Assembly: GCF_009914755.1 (NCBI RefSeq)
Contig: NC_060936.1
Strand: one strand, 5' to 3'
DNA length: 64,000 nucleotides
Source of the DNA: the human T2T-CHM13v2.0 reference genome, Homo sapiens
In this document: positions 41,240 through 56,960 of the stretch, piece after piece
How the letters are laid out: each line of letters opens with the position of its first letter
Position numbering within the stretch: position 1 is the first letter of the stretch
Translations under genes and position numbers: made by a program
The notes under the pieces: generated by a model
What the model was told of the DNA's origin: nothing
Database searches by the model: none
The model's input: the letters and a program-made list of their open reading frames with translations, nothing else

Positions 41240-41370
41240 AGTAGGTTCTCTTATTCTCCTATTCAGGTAAGAAAACTGAAGCACAGAGAGGTTAAGATTT
41301 CCGGATGTCAAACTTCTAGTGAGATATAGGACAGAGATTGGAGCTAGGCATTTGAGCCAGTCTGCGCTCT
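41240..41370 (-). mobile_element. MIR SINE remnant
   Basis: caggtaagaaaactgaagcacagagaggttaagatt core. Confidence 0.6.
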
Positions 41371-41694
41371 CTGCTTTGTTCCCTCTTACCTCACTAACAT
41401 GAATCACTCATCCATCTATTCAGTGATTTCTAAGGAGCTAACTCGAAGACATAGAGTATTAAAACTAATACACAGTCCAATTAGAAAACCAGAGAAGTAC
41501 TAGGAGCATGGGGGTAATCTTGAGGAAAGCGAAGGAGTCCTTAAGAGGAAGGGAACGTGTGGGTCTCCCTTCTAAAGAGCAGAGCTATATATCTGATCAC
41601 CTACTTGTGCTCACAGGCACACCAGATATTAGGAGGCTGAAAATGGAACAAAAAATCCCAACCTACCCCTGCTTTTGTACAACATATACATACA

Positions 41695-42760
41695 GTTAAT
41701 AGACTATATTTTCAAGAACAGTCTCAGGTTTACAGAACAGTTCAGTAGAAAGCAGAGAGAGTTTTGTTTACCTCTTTCTATTATTAATATTTGTATTAGT
41801 GCTCTACATTTTTACAACTGATATAACTTTATGAATACATTATTGTTAAATAAAGTCTACAGTTGACAACAGGTTTCATTCTTGGTGCTGTACATTCTAT
41901 GGGCTTTGACAAATATATAATGACGTGTATTCACCATTATGGTAGCATTCAGAATAGATTTACTGGCCTAAGGATCCCCTTTGTTCCACCTTCTTTCCTT
42001 CTTCCAAACCTTTGACAACCACTTATCTTTTTACTGTCTCTATAGTTTTGCCTATTCCAGAACGTCATACAGTTGTAATCACACAGTATATAGTCTTTCT
42101 AGATTGGTTTCTTTCACTTCATTTCATCTGAGTTTTCTCCAAATATTTTCATGACTTGGCTCATTTTTCATCACTGAAAAACACATTATCATATGAATGG
42201 ATGTAACACAGTTTATCCATTCATATTGAAGGACATCTTGGTTGCTGTAAGGGTTGGCAATTATGAATAAAGCTATTATAAGCAATCATGTGCAGATTAT
42301 TGTGTGGACATAAGATTTCAACTTATTTGGGTAAATTACGGGGAGTATGATTCCTGGATCATATGGTAAGAGTTTGCTTAGTTTTATAAGAAACTGCCAA
42401 AATGTCTTCCAAAACGGTTCAATGATTTGGTATCCGCCCCAGTAATGAATGAGACTTCCTCGTGCTCCACATCCTCTCTAACATTTAGTGTTGTCCGTGT
42501 TTTGGATTTTAGTAATTATAAAAGATGCACAGTGGTATTTCATTGCTTTAATTTGCAATTCACTGATAACATGATATTAAGCATCTTTTTATATACTTGT
42601 TTTATATCTGTATATCTTCTTTGGTGAGGTGCCCAGATCTTTTACCCATTTTTAATTTTTGTTGTTGTTGTTGTCTTTTTGGGTTTTAAGAGTTCTTTGA
42701 TATTTTAAATACAAGTTCTTTGTCAGATATACGTTTTGCATTTTTTCCTTATTCTATGGA
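41695..42760 (-). mobile_element. Old L1 (L1MC1-like), 3' portion; host of the young L1
   Basis: caggtttacagaacagttcagtagaaag, ggtgctgtacattctatgggctttgacaaat and gaaggacatcttggttgct are L1MC/L1M 3' hallmarks. Continues at 48826. Confidence 0.7.
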
Positions 42761-42985
42761 TTTTTATTTCTTTTTTTTTTATTATACTTTAAGTTTTAGG
42801 GTACATGTGCACATTGTGAAGGTTAGTTACATATGTATACATGTGCCATGCTGGTGCGCTGCACCCACTAACTCGTTATCTAGCATTAGGTATATCTCCC
42901 ATTGCTATCCCTCCCCGCTCCCCCCACCCCACAACAGTCCCCAGAGTGTGATATTCCCCTTCCTGTGTCCATGTGATCTCATTGT

Positions 42986-46837
<3,852 letters not shown>

Positions 46838-46885
46838 TTATTTTGCTCGTTAGTTGATGCAGTTTCTTCCTAGTCTCGATGGTCT

Positions 46886-47902
46886 TTACATTTTGGCATG
46901 ATTTTGCAGCGGCTGGTACTGGTTGTTCCTTTCCATGTTTAGCGCTTCCTTCAGGAGCTCTTTTAGGGCAGGCCTGGTGGTGACAAAATCTCTCAGCATT
47001 TGCTTGTCTGTAAAGTATTTTATTTCTCCTTCACTTATGAAGCTTAGTTTGGCTGGATACGAAATTCTGGGTTGAAAATTCTTTTCTTTAAGAATGTTGA
47101 ATATTGGCCCCCACTCTCTTCTGGCTTGTAGGGTTTCTGCCGAGAGATCCACTGTTAGTCTGATGGGCTTCCCTTTGAGGGTAACCCGACCTTTCTCTCT
47201 GGCTGCCCTTAACATTTTTTCCTTCATTTCAACTTTGGTGAATCTGACAATTATGTGTCTTGGAGTTGCTCTTCTCGAGGAGTATCTTTGTGGCATTCTC
47301 TGTATTTCCTGAATCTGAACATTGGCCTGCCTTGCTACACTGGGGAAATTCTCTTGGATAATATCCTGTAGAGTGTTTTCCAACTTGGTTCCATTCTCCC
47401 CATCACTTTCAGGTACACCAATCAGATGTAGATTTGGTCTTTTCACATAGTCCCATATTTCTTGGAGGCTTTGCTCATTTCTTTTTATTCTTTTTTCTCT
47501 AAACTTCCCTTCTCGCTTCATTTCATTCATTTCATCTTCCATTGCTGATACCCTTTCTTCCAGTTGATCGCATCGGCTCCTGAGGCTTCTGCATTCTTCA
47601 CATAGTTCTCGAGCCTTGGTTTTCAGCTCCATCAGCTCCTTTAAGCACTTCTCTGTATTGGTTATTCTAGTTATACATTCTTCTAAATTTTTTTCAAAGT
47701 TTTCAACTTCTTTGCCTTTGGTTTGAATGTCCTCCCATAGCTCAGAGTAATTTGATCGTCTGAAGCCTTCTTCTCTCAGCTCGTCAAAGTCATTCTCCAT
47801 CCAGCTTTGTTCCGTTGCTGGTGAGGAACTGCATTCCTTTGGAGGAGGAGAGGCGCTCTGCGTTTTAGAGTTTCCAGTTTTTCTGTTCTGTTTTTTCCCC
47901 AT
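46886..47902 (-). CDS. L1 ORF1p, intact 338 aa
   Basis: MGKKQNRKTGNSKTQSASPPP...; REKG, ARR and YPAKLS motifs are present. Confidence 0.93.
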   Translation of the reverse strand: MGKKQNRKTGNSKTQSASPPPKECSSSPATEQSWMENDFDELREEGFRRSNYSELWEDIQTKGKEVENFEKNLEECITRITNTEKCLKELMELKTKARELCEECRSLRSRCDQLEERVSAMEDEMNEMKREGKFREKRIKRNEQSLQEIWDYVKRPNLHLIGVPESDGENGTKLENTLQDIIQENFPSVARQANVQIQEIQRMPQRYSSRRATPRHIIVRFTKVEMKEKMLRAAREKGRVTLKGKPIRLTVDLSAETLQARREWGPIFNILKEKNFQPRISYPAKLSFISEGEIKYFTDKQMLRDFVTTRPALKELLKEALNMERNNQYQPLQNHAKM

Positions 47903-48357
47903 CTTTGTGGTTTTATCTACTTTTGGTCTTTGATGATGGTGATGTACAGATGGGTTTTTGGTGTGGATGTCCTTTCTGTTTGTTAGTTTTCCTTCTAACA
48001 GACAGGACCGTCAGCTGCAGGTCTGTTGTAATACCCTGCCGTGTGAGGTGTCAGTGTGCCCCTGCTGGGGGGTGCCTCCCAATTAGGCTGCTCGGGGGTC
48101 AGGGGTCAGGGACCCACTTGAGGAGGCAGTCTGCCCATTCTCAGATCTCCAGCTGCGTGCTGGGAGAACCACTGCTCTCTTCAAAGCTGTCAGACAGGGA
48201 CATTTAAGTCTGCAGAGGTTACTGTTGTCTTTTTGCTTGTCTATGCCCTGCCCCCAGAGGTGGAGCCTACAGAGGCAGGCAGTCTTCCTTGAGCTGTGGT
48301 GGGCTCCACCCAGTTCGAGCTTCCCGGCTGCTTTGTTTACCTAATCAAGCCTGGGCA

Positions 48358-48471
48358 ATGGCGGGCGCCCCTCCCCCAGCCTGTCTTCCGCCTTGCAGTT
48401 TGATCTCAGACTGCTGTGCTAGCAATCAGCGAGACTCCGTGGGCGTAGGACCCTCCGAGCCAGGTGCGTGA
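48358..48471 (+). CDS. L1 antisense ORF0, truncated to 37 aa, with splice donors at 48464 and 48549
   Basis: MAGAPPPACLPPCSLISDCCASNQRDSVGVGPSEPGA-TGA matches the ORF0 N-terminus. The remainder (VRRFLS..) follows the stop in frame. Confidence 0.75.
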   Translation: MAGAPPPACLPPCSLISDCCASNQRDSVGVGPSEPGA

Positions 48472-48825
48472 TATAATCTCGTGGTGCGCCGTTTTTTAAG
48501 CCCTTCGGAAAAGCGCAGTATTCGGGTGGGAGTGACCCGATTTTCCAGGTGCCGTCCGTCACCCCTTTCTTTGACTTGGAAAGGGAACTCCCTGACCCCT
48601 TGCGCTTCCCAAGTGAGGCAATGCCTCGCCCTGCCTCGGCTCGCTCAGGGTGCGCGCACCCACTGACCTGCGCCCACTGTCTGGCACTCCCTAGTGAGAT
48701 GAACCCGGTACCTCAGATGGAAATGCAGAAATCACCCGTCTTATGCGTCCCTCACGCTGGGAGCTGTAGACAGGAGCTGTTCCTATTCGGCCATCTTGGC
48801 TCCTCTCTTCGCTTTTTATTTCTTT

Positions 48826-49225
48826 CTCTTGACAAAGTTTCTCACAGAACAGAAGTTTTTAATTTTAATGAAGTCTAACTCACTAATTTTTTGTTTTATG
48901 GATCGGGCTTTTGGTATTGTATCTAAAAAGTTGTTGCCAAACATAAGGTCACCTAGATTTTCTCCTATATTATTTCTTAAGAGTTTTATAGTTTTATGAT
49001 TTACACTTAAGTCTTTAATACCTTTTGAGCTAATTTTTGTGAAAAGTATAAGGACTATGCCTAGATTCATTTTTTTTCTTTTGTATGTGGATGTCCAGTT
49101 GTTGAAAAAAAAGTATTTTATTGAAAAAGTATCATTTCTCCCTTGAATCATCTTAGCTCCTTTGTCAAAGATCAGTTGACTATATTTGTGTGAGTCCATT
49201 CTTGGGCTACTGCTTTTCATTTCTC
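48826..49225 (-). mobile_element. Old L1 (L1MC-like), ORF2 C-terminal remnant; other half of the host element
   Basis: ORF 48816..49220 translates to degenerate ORF2 (YSQLIFDKGAK...KTIKLL..NIGENL..LDFIKIKNFCS). Confidence 0.8.
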
Positions 49226-49639
49226 TGTTATTCCTCTATTATTTCTTCTGTAATACAAACTTGAGTGTCATTTTTTTTAAAATTCCTGTCTCTTCTCCCT
49301 CATAGGCATCAGCTATCAAAACTTATGGTAAGTATTTTTAACGTATTATTTATTTTATTACTACAACAATCCTCTGTATTATTAGGCCCATATTAAGTGA
49401 GAAACGGCTCAGAGAGGGAGTCTGCTTATATAGACTGAAACAACTGTATTCTTCACTTATTTGGGAAATTACCACACACATCTCATAAGTGGCAGAGCAG
49501 TTTGACTTCAGGATCTGAACTTCCAAGCATTACTGTAATTTCTAAATCTATTTTGTCATTAATTCGCTTCACCTGTATTGCCATCATATTAATTCAAGCC
49601 ACTATCATCCCACAGTAAATTTACTAACAACACTCAGTG

Positions 49640-49962
49640 TCTTCCTTCTTTCCTTCCTTCTTTTCCTTCCTTCCTTCTTTCTTTTCTTTCTTTCTTTTCC
49701 TTCCCTCCTTCCTTCCTTCCTTCCCTCCTTACTTATTTTCTTTCTTTCTCCTTTCTTCTTTCCTCCCCCTTCTTCTCCTCTTCCTCCTCCTCCTCCTTCC
49801 CTCTTCCTTCTTCCTTCTTTCCCCTTCCCCCTCTCCTCCCTTCCTCTCCCCCCTACATTCCCCTCCCCTCCCCCTCCTCTTTGTCCTCCTCCTCCTCCTC
49901 TTTCTTATTCCTCTTCTTCCTCTCCCTCTCCCTCTCCTTCTTCTTTTTCTTCTCCTTTTTCT
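49640..49962. repeat. ~320 bp polypyrimidine/polypurine tract (CCTT, CTT, CCT units)
   Basis: Almost pure C/T on the + strand, read directly. Confidence 0.95.
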
Positions 49963-50080
49963 CAGAGGTGAAGTTTTGCTATATTGCCCAGAGTGATCTT
50001 GAACTCTCAGGCTCAAGTGATCCTCCTGCCTCAGCCTCCCAAAGTGTTGAGATTACAGGCACAAGTCACTGCACCTGGCC
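49963..50080 (-). mobile_element. FLAM / Alu left monomer
   Basis: ttttgctatattgcccag..tcttgaactc..ggctcaagtgatcctcctgcctcagcctcccaaagtg..cactgcacctggcc. Confidence 0.85.
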
Positions 50081-50104
50081 CACTCAGGATGATTCTTGAG
50101 TCTG

Positions 50105-50810
50105 GTCCCACTCCAGATGGTTTTCTTCTAAATCACAAATCTGATAGCACTAAACACAAAACTACCTAATGGCTCTCCAACATCTCTAAAGAAAGCAGAC
50201 AATCCAAAATATGATTACATACCTTCTCCTCATCCAAATCTCTAATCCTACTACACTGACCTACATGTACTTCTCTTCAGGCACTGTGTCTGTGCTTAAA
50301 TATTCACCTTGTACAGGTGAGTCCATTTGCCTCTATTGGTCTTTTCTGTCTTTTCATTTGGCTAATGCTTTGTTTTCCTTCAGATTGAAACTTAAAGGTT
50401 GTATTCAAGTAGTGTTGTCAAATTTAGCAAATGGAAATACAAGACACCTAGCAACAGATATTGCATGGGACATAATTATATTAAGAAATTACTCATTGTT
50501 TATATGAAAATCAAATGTTATTGGACATTCTCTATTTTCTCTGGCAATGCTATGTCCTAGGGATATCTTCCCTGAAACCATACCCTATGATTTGGCTAAA
50601 CACTCCTCTGATTTGCTCCTGTAGCATCCTATGTTTACTCTATCACAACACTCATTTCTTATCTATTATTTGTATAATACATCCATCTCTGTCATCATCC
50701 TTAAGGACAAAGAATCTATCTTTTTCAGCAGCATGTTTCCAGCATCTAAATATCCAATGCTTGGTGCCCAATAAATATTTATTTGGTATTTTTAAATGAA
50801 TGAATGAATT
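50105..50810 (+). mobile_element. Degraded L2 LINE, 3' part
   Basis: Ends aataaatattt...aatgaatgaatgaa and contains the L2-like tttcttctaaatcacaaatctgat. Interrupted by MER53. Confidence 0.5.
50410..50552. mobile_element. MER53 palindromic hAT-type MITE, internally deleted
   Basis: Termini tagtgttgtcaaatttagcaaat and tattttctctggcaatgcta, with internal gatattgcatgggacata, match the recalled MER53 consensus. Confidence 0.7.
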
Positions 50811-50971
50811 AAACAACTTTAATTCAAATCCTTAAGCCATTTTAGGATGTATTATGAATATCAAGATGTAGTTTACACCTATTTTGATGTGTTTAAAATT
50901 AAATTAGAAATTTTAGTTTAGAATTTTTGAAATGATATCAATCATTTTCAAGTAATTCCTGGCAAGCCTTA

Positions 50972-51311
50972 TGTCTTAGGTCATTAAGGCTGTAACAAAA
51001 TACCATGAACCAGGTGGCTTACAAACAACAGAAATTTATTTTTACAGTCTGGAGGCTGGGAAGTCCAAGATCAAGGCACTAGCAAGATAGATTTGGTCAC
51101 TGATAGATGATGCCTTCTCACTGTGTCCTCGTATGGGTAAAGGAAAAAACTCTGGTCTCACAGGTTCATTATAGGCCACTAATCTCATTCATGAGGGCTT
51201 CACCCTAATGACCTAAACACCTTCAAAGGTCCCTCCTCTTAATATCTTCAAAATGGGTATTAAGTTTCAACATATGATTTTTGAGGGGACACAAACATTC
51301 AGACTATAGCA
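50972..51311 (-). mobile_element. MaLR solo LTR, MLT1A-like
   Basis: tgtcttagg..ggtggcttacaaacaacagaaatttatt..ctggaggctgggaagtccaagatcaagg..gggacacaaacattcagactatagca. Confidence 0.85.
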
Positions 51312-52494
51312 ATTTAGCTTCCCTAAGCACAAAGGCATATGAAGTTGAACCCTAGGCTGCTAAATTTGTAACTTACTGAAATTGCAGCCAAAGATTGGGT
51401 TCCCTCTGCCTTCCAGAGGTTGGAAATAACAGATGACATGCTAAATATTGCCCACTTACCCAATCCATAGGGAGAAAATATTGATTTTTCTATATTTGTC
51501 ATCTAGATCAATATTTTCCTCCACAACATGTGTCAAAGATGTTTCATTGTTCAGGTTGATAACAGGTGTTCTTCAAAAGCAAAAATATTATAAGTTTTTT
51601 TACCTGCTGGGTAAAACAAGCCTAAACCAATTTCCATCCTCTAGGAATTTTCAGAACCATTAACATATCAATTTATGTAGTGAATTTCCAAAAGGTGTTG
51701 TATAAAATAGGTGATTTTTCTAATCTAAACAGAACAGAGTAGTTTTGTTAGGTAATAACCAATTTGGGAAATAATTATATAGATTTCGTTGTAGGGTAAA
51801 TGTGTATGTCTACTTGATTTTTGTTGTTAAAAACAAGTTTTTGGAATGCCTGATTCAGATATGGGATTGCATAATTTGTGTAATACACCTAGCTTTCTTG
51901 GGTCACGTTCATCTGTTTTGAAGTAGAGCACCGAAAATTTTCCAAAATAAATGTTCTTGGGATTTAGTATATGTAAAAGAAAGTTTGTATTTCATACAGA
52001 AATCTGTAAGCCCATAAAGAGATATGTAAAGTTCTTGAGTAGTTATATATAATTTGGATTGCTGAGCATTAAGTATGTTGGATTTTAAAACAAGAACTTC
52101 AAAGGTAAAATATAATTCTCACTAATGAAAAGCACATGTGGTATGGCTAAATCCCCCAGCCCCCACCCCCATAAGCAACAGTCAGGGCAGGCCTGATGTA
52201 TGATCAGAGTACACGGCCACCTGTGAACTGAAGTTTGAAGGACCTGATCTACCTAGCTGCCTTCCAAATCATGCTTACTTCCATCAGTGGAATAAGGTTG
52301 AGTGTCACCAGAAGAGTTAATATGTATAGTGTTGCCTGTGAAAGATGGCACATCAAGTTATTACTGCCTATTAACCTAGAAGTTAGTATAGGTTTATTAT
52401 CATTATTGTTACATGCCACGGCACTAATATTTAATAATAATAGGTACCATTTCACTCAACCACATAAGCCAGTTGTTTTATATGGTAGTGACAG

Positions 52495-52735
52495 TAGGTA
52501 ACATTTTTGACCACTTAGTGTGCTACACATAATGCTAAGTTTTTTACTTACATTATTACATTTAATTATTTCAATACCTTCTTGAAGTCAATTTCACTTT
52601 TATATCCATTTTATAGATGATGATGCTTAAGGCTTTGAAAACTTAAGTGTTTTACTCAAGAGGTATAGTAAGTGGCTGAGATGGTCTTTAAAATGATCTT
52701 TATATGATCTGTGAGCCTGCATTCTTGAAGCTCTA
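52495..52735 (-). mobile_element. MIR SINE remnant
   Basis: aacatttttgaccactta..tatccattttatagatga..cttaagtgtttt..agtaagtggctgag. Confidence 0.5.
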
Positions 52736-53899
52736 TGCTTTAAGAATAATTATAATTCCCCAATTTGGATAGATGCTGAAGTATTCGTATGGACCTTAAT
52801 CATGGAAACAACTGATGCTCATAAAAGTCTACATACTTTGTCCAGGGTCTTGAGGGAACAGATACATAGTTTCACTGCAAGAAAATAAAAATAAATTATG
52901 TAAAACTACCTATGCCAGCAGTAGCACCAAATATGAGATTCAGGGCAAGAAGAACATATAGTTTGGCAATACGGAGATGAGGTGAAGGGAGAGAACAAAA
53001 AATAAAGTAGGATAAACCCCAAAGACCAAATTGGCCTTTGCAACAATTCCATTTCAGACTTTAAGGAAACACTCTGGCTATTAAATCTTACTTAATGTTC
53101 TCTATGTAATTTATAAACTGTCTAAAAAATAAAATAGGTTTGAATAAAAAATAATGTTTTCATTCCTAAAAGCATTAGGAAATAGACCACTTGAGGTCAG
53201 GGTAACACCAAAAAGAATTTCCCAGCACTAAAACAAACCACATTGCAAACTCTTCCTAAGTGCTTAGCAACGTTCTGAAATGGCTCCATTTATGTGAGGC
53301 TTGAGAAAGGAAAGAGGCCTCTTGTGAACTTTTTAACCACAGAGAGGAGTGTTCTCTAAAAAGATATATTCAGAGTGCTATAACAAGTGCTACATATAAG
53401 TTGGTGAATCGCCTTATTTAAAAACAAGTGCCAATAAAAGATATTCTTCCTGTTGACAATAAAAATAATTCAATTTTCAGAAATTAAGTTTCTGCAAGTC
53501 ATAATAACTGTTTTGTGTTTAATGTTCTTTATGTTCTGTAGCTATTTTTGATTTCTTATATCTGTTTTTAATTACTATCTCATTGAATATCTCATGATTG
53601 TTTTTGCAACATCTTTTTGAATGACTGAGTAATGTAGATAGATATTAATAAAAAATTGACATTGAGTGATATCTGACACACTGCTGCTAAGAGGATCTGG
53701 AATATAGAAAATAAGAATTTGTCATGGTGGTTGTTTGATTTCAAATATTTCCTTTCTAGCAAACTTCCCCAGGAGAAAATATTAATTCCCACTTTCACAG
53801 CCCAAATAGAGGTGAGATTACAAATAATCCTTGATGTATTACAACTACAAAAGTTAATATACCATTTTTTTTATCCTGCTAAGTACTAATCACTTTAGA

Positions 53900-54045
53900 A
53901 AGCACTCTGTGAGACACCTATTATTATTATCCCATTGATAGATAAGGAAACTAAATTTTAGAGAGGTTAAGTAATTCATCCAAAGTCACACAGTTAGTCA
54001 GTGGTAGAGCCAGGATTTAAATTCTGGCAATTTAACTTCAATTCC
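53900..54045 (-). mobile_element. MIR SINE remnant
   Basis: attattatcccattgatagataaggaaactaa..agagaggttaagtaattcatccaaagtcacacagttagtcagtggtagagccaggattt. Confidence 0.75.
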
Positions 54046-55557
54046 AACAGTTAACAGTTGTAATGTTATGGTCTAGATGGTCTCCTGTGGAAAGAGCATT
54101 GTTGGAAACCCAGTTCTGACACTGCCATGACCTTCGTTTCTCTGTGTCTTGGATTCCCCATCTGAATAACGAGGAAATCTCTAACTGAGCCCTGAGATCT
54201 ATCAGATGCCTAACGTTCTATGACTGTCTCTAATTGTTACAGCAAAACCTTAGAGAAATGACTACTTGTGCAGTATCCAAAATGGATTATATTATAAATG
54301 GAAAAACTAGAGAAAAAGAATGATTATTTATAAAAGGGGAAATTAAAATCATACGTATTAATAACTCATGAAATACAGTGAATTCATTTAGTGTTCTGGT
54401 GCATATGAAAAAATCGCTTTTACAGATGCCTTTGGCGATTGCATTCCTAGACCTTGGACCTTAAACCTGGAAAATATTTTTTGTTTGTTTGTATGTTTTA
54501 TGTATTTGAATTTAAACAGCTGGTATAGAGTGCTCTTTTTCTTATATTCCTAAGTATGGTAAGTTAGAAAAATTTTGCCAAGGACCCTTCAATTCCCTTT
54601 GTCTAAAATATGCTTGTCTGACTTTCTTGGGTGTGACCAAAGGTCTTTAGTCTTATTTTCAAGTGAAGTTGAAGGTCCTATTTTCAAGTGAACTTTTCCC
54701 TTTGTAACTCCATCTTCCATTTTTATTAACCAGTCAAGCATGTTTTACTTTACACTGTGATAAGAGGATCAGAAACAGCTTCCCCACATCTAAGGCGATC
54801 TTAATCAATTGCAAGGAATACATGAGTGGCATAGTGTGGAAGCTTCCTGCCTAGAGGAAGAAGAGAGCTCCTCTGGATTATTACTTTTGATTCCACTGAT
54901 AAAGGAAGAAAATTAGGTAACCTTGAAAATGAGTACTTTTGCCTGTGAACCATTTTGAAGGGACATGAGGTAAATTGTTACCCCCCTGTCGACCCTCAAC
55001 TAACCTTTCACTTTTAACATATGTTTTTTGAAGTGCCGGCCCTGTTGATTTGCATGGCTGTTTGGGTACAAGTTTCAGAGAAACCTGCTGCCCCCAAGTC
55101 TTTCATCACTTTTTTGAACTTTGAGTATAAACATTAAAATGCCCTTATGGCTCACAGAAGACTGGGTGACTGGCATTGACTAAGAGATATTCTCTAGTAG
55201 CACACCCTTAGTAACCCCAAGGTGTGTTACTTAGCCCCTCACTCAGCAACCTAACTATGAGGTCTAGTTACCCAGGATGGAAAATAACTACTATAAGCTC
55301 ATTGTGCTTGCAGGGATGAAGTGGTGATTGTATCATAGAATCTCTGGAATATCCTGAATTTTTCTTTGTGGCCCACTGGGTTCTGAGGCATTTTCCAGGT
55401 TATTTCAGTGTGAATCAAGCTACTGTATCCTAATACTTCTGTCTCTCAATGTCAAAGGATGTGATCAATAAAAGAAGAAATATATAGTTAATGTGATAAG
55501 ATACTGACAAAGCAAAAAAAGAAAGCAAAGAAAGTATCAAGTGTTTGCTTTTTTGGC

Positions 55558-55645
55558 AAAGGCTGTTTCACTGTAGTGTAATCTAAAGGAATAAATATGC
55601 AAAAGGCTGTTTCGCTATAATGTAATCTAAAAGAATAAATATGCA
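55558..55645. repeat. Tandem duplication, 2 x 44 bp
   Basis: aaaggctgtttc(a/g)ct(g/a)ta(g/a)tgtaatctaaa(g/a)gaataaatatgca twice, with 4 mismatches. Confidence 0.9.
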
Positions 55646-56610
55646 GTTAATCATAAGTACACATAATATGGTCCTCAAAGGAAGAGAAATGCAAGGGTTA
55701 AACACATTAAATTATCTTTCTTTCTCCTTTGGTGCCTGTTAAATAACTTTAACTCTTTCTTTTATTGTCCTTAATACCAATGCTCCCACCTCTGAAAAAC
55801 CCACCACTTTTTTTTTCTTTCTTTCTTTCTTTTTTTTTTTTCCTAGAAGGAATAAGGTCAAATTAATGGAATGAAAATATGAAAATCAGTTCTCACTAAT
55901 GTCCAGGGTAGAGGCTGGCAACGTTCCAGAAATGCTTTTCCAAAATACTGGTTTCAAGTTTTCATTGTGGCGGAGGGAGGGAGAGAGGGGATTTTGGAAC
56001 ACTGAGAACCCCTGGGGATTATTGCTGGCTCAGACACCTCATTACAGAGCTTTAGAGGCAAAGTGACAGGAGAGCCTTGGAGGCCAGGGAGATCCTGGAG
56101 AAAGACTTCATGAAAGTAGGAGTGTAGAAAAATAAATAAATAAATAAAGTAGAAAAATAATGTCTTTCATTTGTGATATTAGTAGTGATAATCCTATTAA
56201 TTAAATATGCTGATAGGTTTAACAAACTCAGTGCTGTGTGAAATGTATATATTTTTTGCTCCTCTCTGAATTTCTAATGGGTAGCCATACATTACCCAAT
56301 AAATTGCATATAGCAAATACTCAATAAAAATCTGCTGAATTAATTTAAGTTAAACGTCATCTATAGGCAACGTTGTTATTTATCAAATCCGAATATCTAC
56401 TTTGTGTCGAGCCCTGTGCTAAGTATTGCAAAGGATAATGGAATACATTTTTGAGACATAGATCCTGCCATCAAGGGGTTTATAGTTTAACTATGATCAT
56501 AACAAAAGTTTGAAAGCCAGTCTGATGTGATGTCAGTTGCCGTAAGTTGACCTTGAGTGCATGAAAAAAATAAATCGTGCCACGTCCAAAGCATTTTATA
56601 TTGAACTGTC

Positions 56611-56960
<350 letters not shown>

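Noticed and set aside
49637-50099. Low-complexity F/L/P/S and R/G/E ORFs
   Set aside because: Translation artefacts of the pyrimidine tract and FLAM.
54651-54695. tattttcaagtgaa repeated with a spacer (CRISPR-like at a glance)
   Set aside because: Only two copies with a 25-bp period in mammalian DNA; a simple local duplication.
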